62,762 nucleotides of DNA from an uncultured Nitrososphaerales archaeon (GTDB lineage: Archaea; Thermoproteota; Nitrososphaeria; Nitrososphaerales; JACAEJ01), in assembly GCA_938091495.1 (NCBI GenBank), contig CALLJF010000019.1, forward strand, positions 1 through 62,762. Reading direction: 5' to 3'. Position 1 is the stretch's first letter; every line of letters begins with the position of its first letter. Positions 60,192 to 62,762 of the stretch are shown piece by piece. Both the position numbers and the translations under genes were made by a program. The notes below the pieces were generated by a model. The model was not told where the DNA came from. It did not search any database and saw only the letters and a list, made by a program, of their open reading frames with translations.

Positions 60192-61118
60192 TTGTCATCC
60201 TTAGAGCGAGTTGCCAAGTCTTTGATTAAAATTGAGCGAGAAGACTGGGCTGTTCTTCATTCGATGGAGAAAATGATTCCATCTTACGAGTTTATTCCTG
60301 TTGATGAGATAGTCAGAGTAAGTGATCTTGCCAAGGAAGAGGTTGAATTTAGGCTTGATAGGCTTAATGAGATGGGGTTCATTGTCAGCGGTGGAAAAGG
60401 TTACTCATTAGTCTCATCTGGGCTTGATGCCATAGCTCTTAATGCCTTTGTCAAAAGAAATCTGATAAGTGCTCTTGGGAAGCCCATAGGCATGGGCAAA
60501 GAATCTGATGTTATCGAGGCTATAAACGATCTTGGAGAGGAATATGCAATAAAGTTCTATAGAATAGGAAGAATAAGCTTTAGAGCTATAAGGAAAAAAC
60601 GCAAATACACTACAACTCTTAGTGGGCATCGTTGGCTAATGGCAAATATACAAGCTGCAAAGAAGGAGTATGATGCTTTAAAAAAATTACATCCAATAGG
60701 AGTTTCGGTGCCAGAGGCTATAGCTAGAGAGAGACACGCTGTTCTCATGAGAAAGGTGGAGGGGTTGATGCTTTCTGACATAAAAATCTTAGATTCTCCT
60801 GAAAAAGTATTACATGATATTATAGTTGATGTCAAACTGGCTTACACTTTAGGAAGTATAGTAAATGGCGATCTCAGCGAATATAATGTTCTTTATGATG
60901 GAAAGAAAGCATGGATAATAGACTGGCCTCAGTACATCGACAAAAAACACCCAAATTCATCCATACTCTTGGACAGAGACTTATCGAATATATTGAAATT
61001 TTTTGAGAAGAGGTTCAAGGTCGAATGCAAATTAGAGTCAGCGTCTTTCTATGTTAGAGGATGGAGTGATAAACTAGAGATCTTTAAAGGATCAAAAGAA
61101 TCTGATAGAGCCGCTTAA
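60192..61118 (+). CDS. rio2: Rio2 kinase
   Basis: N-terminal wHTH, GMGKESDV, KFYRIGRISF, NGDLSEYN, IDWPQ. Confidence 0.9.
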   Translation: MSSLERVAKSLIKIEREDWAVLHSMEKMIPSYEFIPVDEIVRVSDLAKEEVEFRLDRLNEMGFIVSGGKGYSLVSSGLDAIALNAFVKRNLISALGKPIGMGKESDVIEAINDLGEEYAIKFYRIGRISFRAIRKKRKYTTTLSGHRWLMANIQAAKKEYDALKKLHPIGVSVPEAIARERHAVLMRKVEGLMLSDIKILDSPEKVLHDIIVDVKLAYTLGSIVNGDLSEYNVLYDGKKAWIIDWPQYIDKKHPNSSILLDRDLSNILKFFEKRFKVECKLESASFYVRGWSDKLEIFKGSKESDRAA

Positions 61119-62312
61119 GATCAAGGACGTGAGATCAGTAACCTTTGATATTTGTTCTTCAGTTATCGATTCTACGTCTGCTCTTATTGATGACAATGAA
61201 ATGCCTTGCTCCAGCACCAAAGCAACGCTGGCTATTTGAGGTTGGTCTATGGGATTGCCTATACAACTGAGTATGCGAGTATAAACCTCTCTTATCCCTT
61301 TTACTTCGTTATATACCTTATCTGCAATTCTTTGAGCCAAGATATTAAAGAGCTTGCCAGTATGATTGACTGGATTCTTGCCAGCCGATGCCTCCATAGA
61401 ACATTCTCTTAAAGGCGTGATCAAGCCGTTGGACCTATTGCCTCTGCCTGTGTTACCATCGTCTCCAGCTTCAGCTGAAGTTCCTGTCACAGTAAGATAG
61501 AATACACCCTTCTGGTAATCGTCTGCAGGATTCATCCTCAACCTTACATTCATATCTGTAATCTTAGAGGAAAAATCTTCGACTCTCTTCTTAGTATCCT
61601 CCATGATGCTAATATAGTGGCTCTTATCAGGAATTAAGCTACTTATCGTAGCTGCAGCAATTGTAAGATTGATTTCCCTGTCCTTTCTTAAGCCCATAAC
61701 TTTTATATCCTCTCCTAACTCAGGAATTTCCTTCTTTAGCTTGTCAGAATTTAAGAATCTCTCAGTTTCTAGAACAAGTCTTTCCGTTGGGCTTAAAGGT
61801 GCGTAGCCAACTCCTATAGAAGTATCGTTGGATGAAGGTATGCCCTTAGATTTTTCGAATATATGGATAAGGTCAGCCGATCCTTGCTTTATTCTGTAAT
61901 CTACTATAATGTGCTTCTCGGGATCAAGAAACCTCATATTTGACTTGAAAAATTTCTTTATTGCTGATACGGTAAGCCTTCCCACAGGTATAGGCTCTAT
62001 CTTATTTTCTTTTGCTATGAAGCTTACAGCTCTTCCTGCAACAATTACATATATAGGCTCTATAACATCTCCTCCGCCGAACACAGGGTTAGACCTGCCA
62101 CCTACTAGAAGGCCTTTGTCTACATTATGATGTAATATGGTGCCATAATTTTGAAGATAGTATTCACATAAGGCTCTAGAGACGGATTCTGATGCCCCAT
62201 CTATGAGGCTGTCAGGATGACCTTGCCCTTTACGCTCTACAATCTCTACCTCAAGGTCCTCTATTGCAGTGGTCCTAAGTTGCTCAATATGAATATGCCT
62301 CTCCATAATCAA
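61092..62312 (-). CDS. mat: Archaeal S-adenosylmethionine synthetase
   Basis: [37 protein letters not shown]. Confidence 0.95.
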   Translation of the reverse strand: MIMERHIHIEQLRTTAIEDLEVEIVERKGQGHPDSLIDGASESVSRALCEYYLQNYGTILHHNVDKGLLVGGRSNPVFGGGDVIEPIYVIVAGRAVSFIAKENKIEPIPVGRLTVSAIKKFFKSNMRFLDPEKHIIVDYRIKQGSADLIHIFEKSKGIPSSNDTSIGVGYAPLSPTERLVLETERFLNSDKLKKEIPELGEDIKVMGLRKDREINLTIAAATISSLIPDKSHYISIMEDTKKRVEDFSSKITDMNVRLRMNPADDYQKGVFYLTVTGTSAEAGDDGNTGRGNRSNGLITPLRECSMEASAGKNPVNHTGKLFNILAQRIADKVYNEVKGIREVYTRILSCIGNPIDQPQIASVALVLEQGISLSSIRADVESITEEQISKVTDLTSLILSGSIRFF

Positions 62313-62321
62313 GCATTCCTT

Positions 62322-62561
62322 TTAAAGATCCTCTACAATTCTGATGAAGAGTACGTTGTTACCTCTTATAACAACTTTTCCGTAGTTAGCCAAGAGATTA
62401 TTTTTGTTGTATTCCTCTGCATCTATCAGAATCAAGTTCATGTAGGGATCGATGTTACACATCTTTCCCTTATATTCTATATCGCTTTTTAATCTAACTA
62501 CAACGTGCTTGTTTATGGCCTTTTGTAGTGCCGTTATGGGTTTCTTCACGACCTGAGACAA
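62322..62561 (-). CDS. Sm/Lsm-like protein (SmAP)
   Basis: DPYMNL (Sm1) and IRGNNV (Sm2) motifs. Confidence 0.92.
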   Translation of the reverse strand: MSQVVKKPITALQKAINKHVVVRLKSDIEYKGKMCNIDPYMNLILIDAEEYNKNNLLANYGKVVIRGNNVLFIRIVEDL

Positions 62562-62762
62562 TAAATAATTCCCCTTGCTCTAGTTCTTCTATTCAAAGAG
62601 GTCTAAAATAAAAATCTTCCTAAAATCAACTCAAAGCTAAATATGTGGGATAACGTTTTATTCTAAGTTTTTAATCTTTGAACCTTAAGGGCTAAAAATG
62701 CTCATAAACCAAGATGTCAATGAGGTAGACTGGATTCCCAAGAACTTAGCCCTTAAACTGAA

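Noticed and set aside
144-62492. Numerous antisense or nested ORFs of 60-210 aa in the ORF track (e.g. 4296-4925, 16105-16632, 19870-20337, 37526-37993)
   Set aside because: They lie opposite or inside well-supported genes and have the Ser/Phe/Leu-rich composition of shadow frames.
1-62762. CRISPR array, cas genes, rRNA, integrase or transposase
   Set aside because: No regularly spaced repeats, long GC-rich structural RNA or recombinase/transposase motifs were seen by eye.

Overview
This is an AT-rich archaeal chromosome segment from a TACK-type archaeon. eS25, class I LysRS, intron-containing tRNAs and a nurA-herA-mre11-rad50 order suggest a basal Nitrososphaeria/Thaumarchaeota-like lineage (inference). 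The flanks (1-17.4 kb and 35-62.7 kb) are mostly housekeeping: Mrp, thyX, aspA, ABCE1, Nre, hsp20-cdc48, lysS, P-type ATPase, nrdJ, ogg, rps25e, rpoK, lig, rio2, mat, Sm and four tRNAs. Downstream of tRNA-Arg(GCG) lies an accessory-looking region of about 17.5 kb with gene remnants, a toxin-antitoxin pair and a caspase-like membrane protein. The main finding is a tightly coupled minus-strand operon in that region: AAA+/wHTH ATPase, unknown 239 aa, long prokaryotic Argonaute (N-PAZ-MID-PIWI), nurA, herA, mre11, rad50, unknown 275 aa. This is a candidate Argonaute system physically joined to the complete archaeal double-strand-break resection machinery. Caveats: the Argonaute appears to lack the MID-PIWI connector, the ATPase has lost its 5' end, and the repair genes may be the housekeeping copy. 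All assignments come from motif recognition by eye; no database searches were run.
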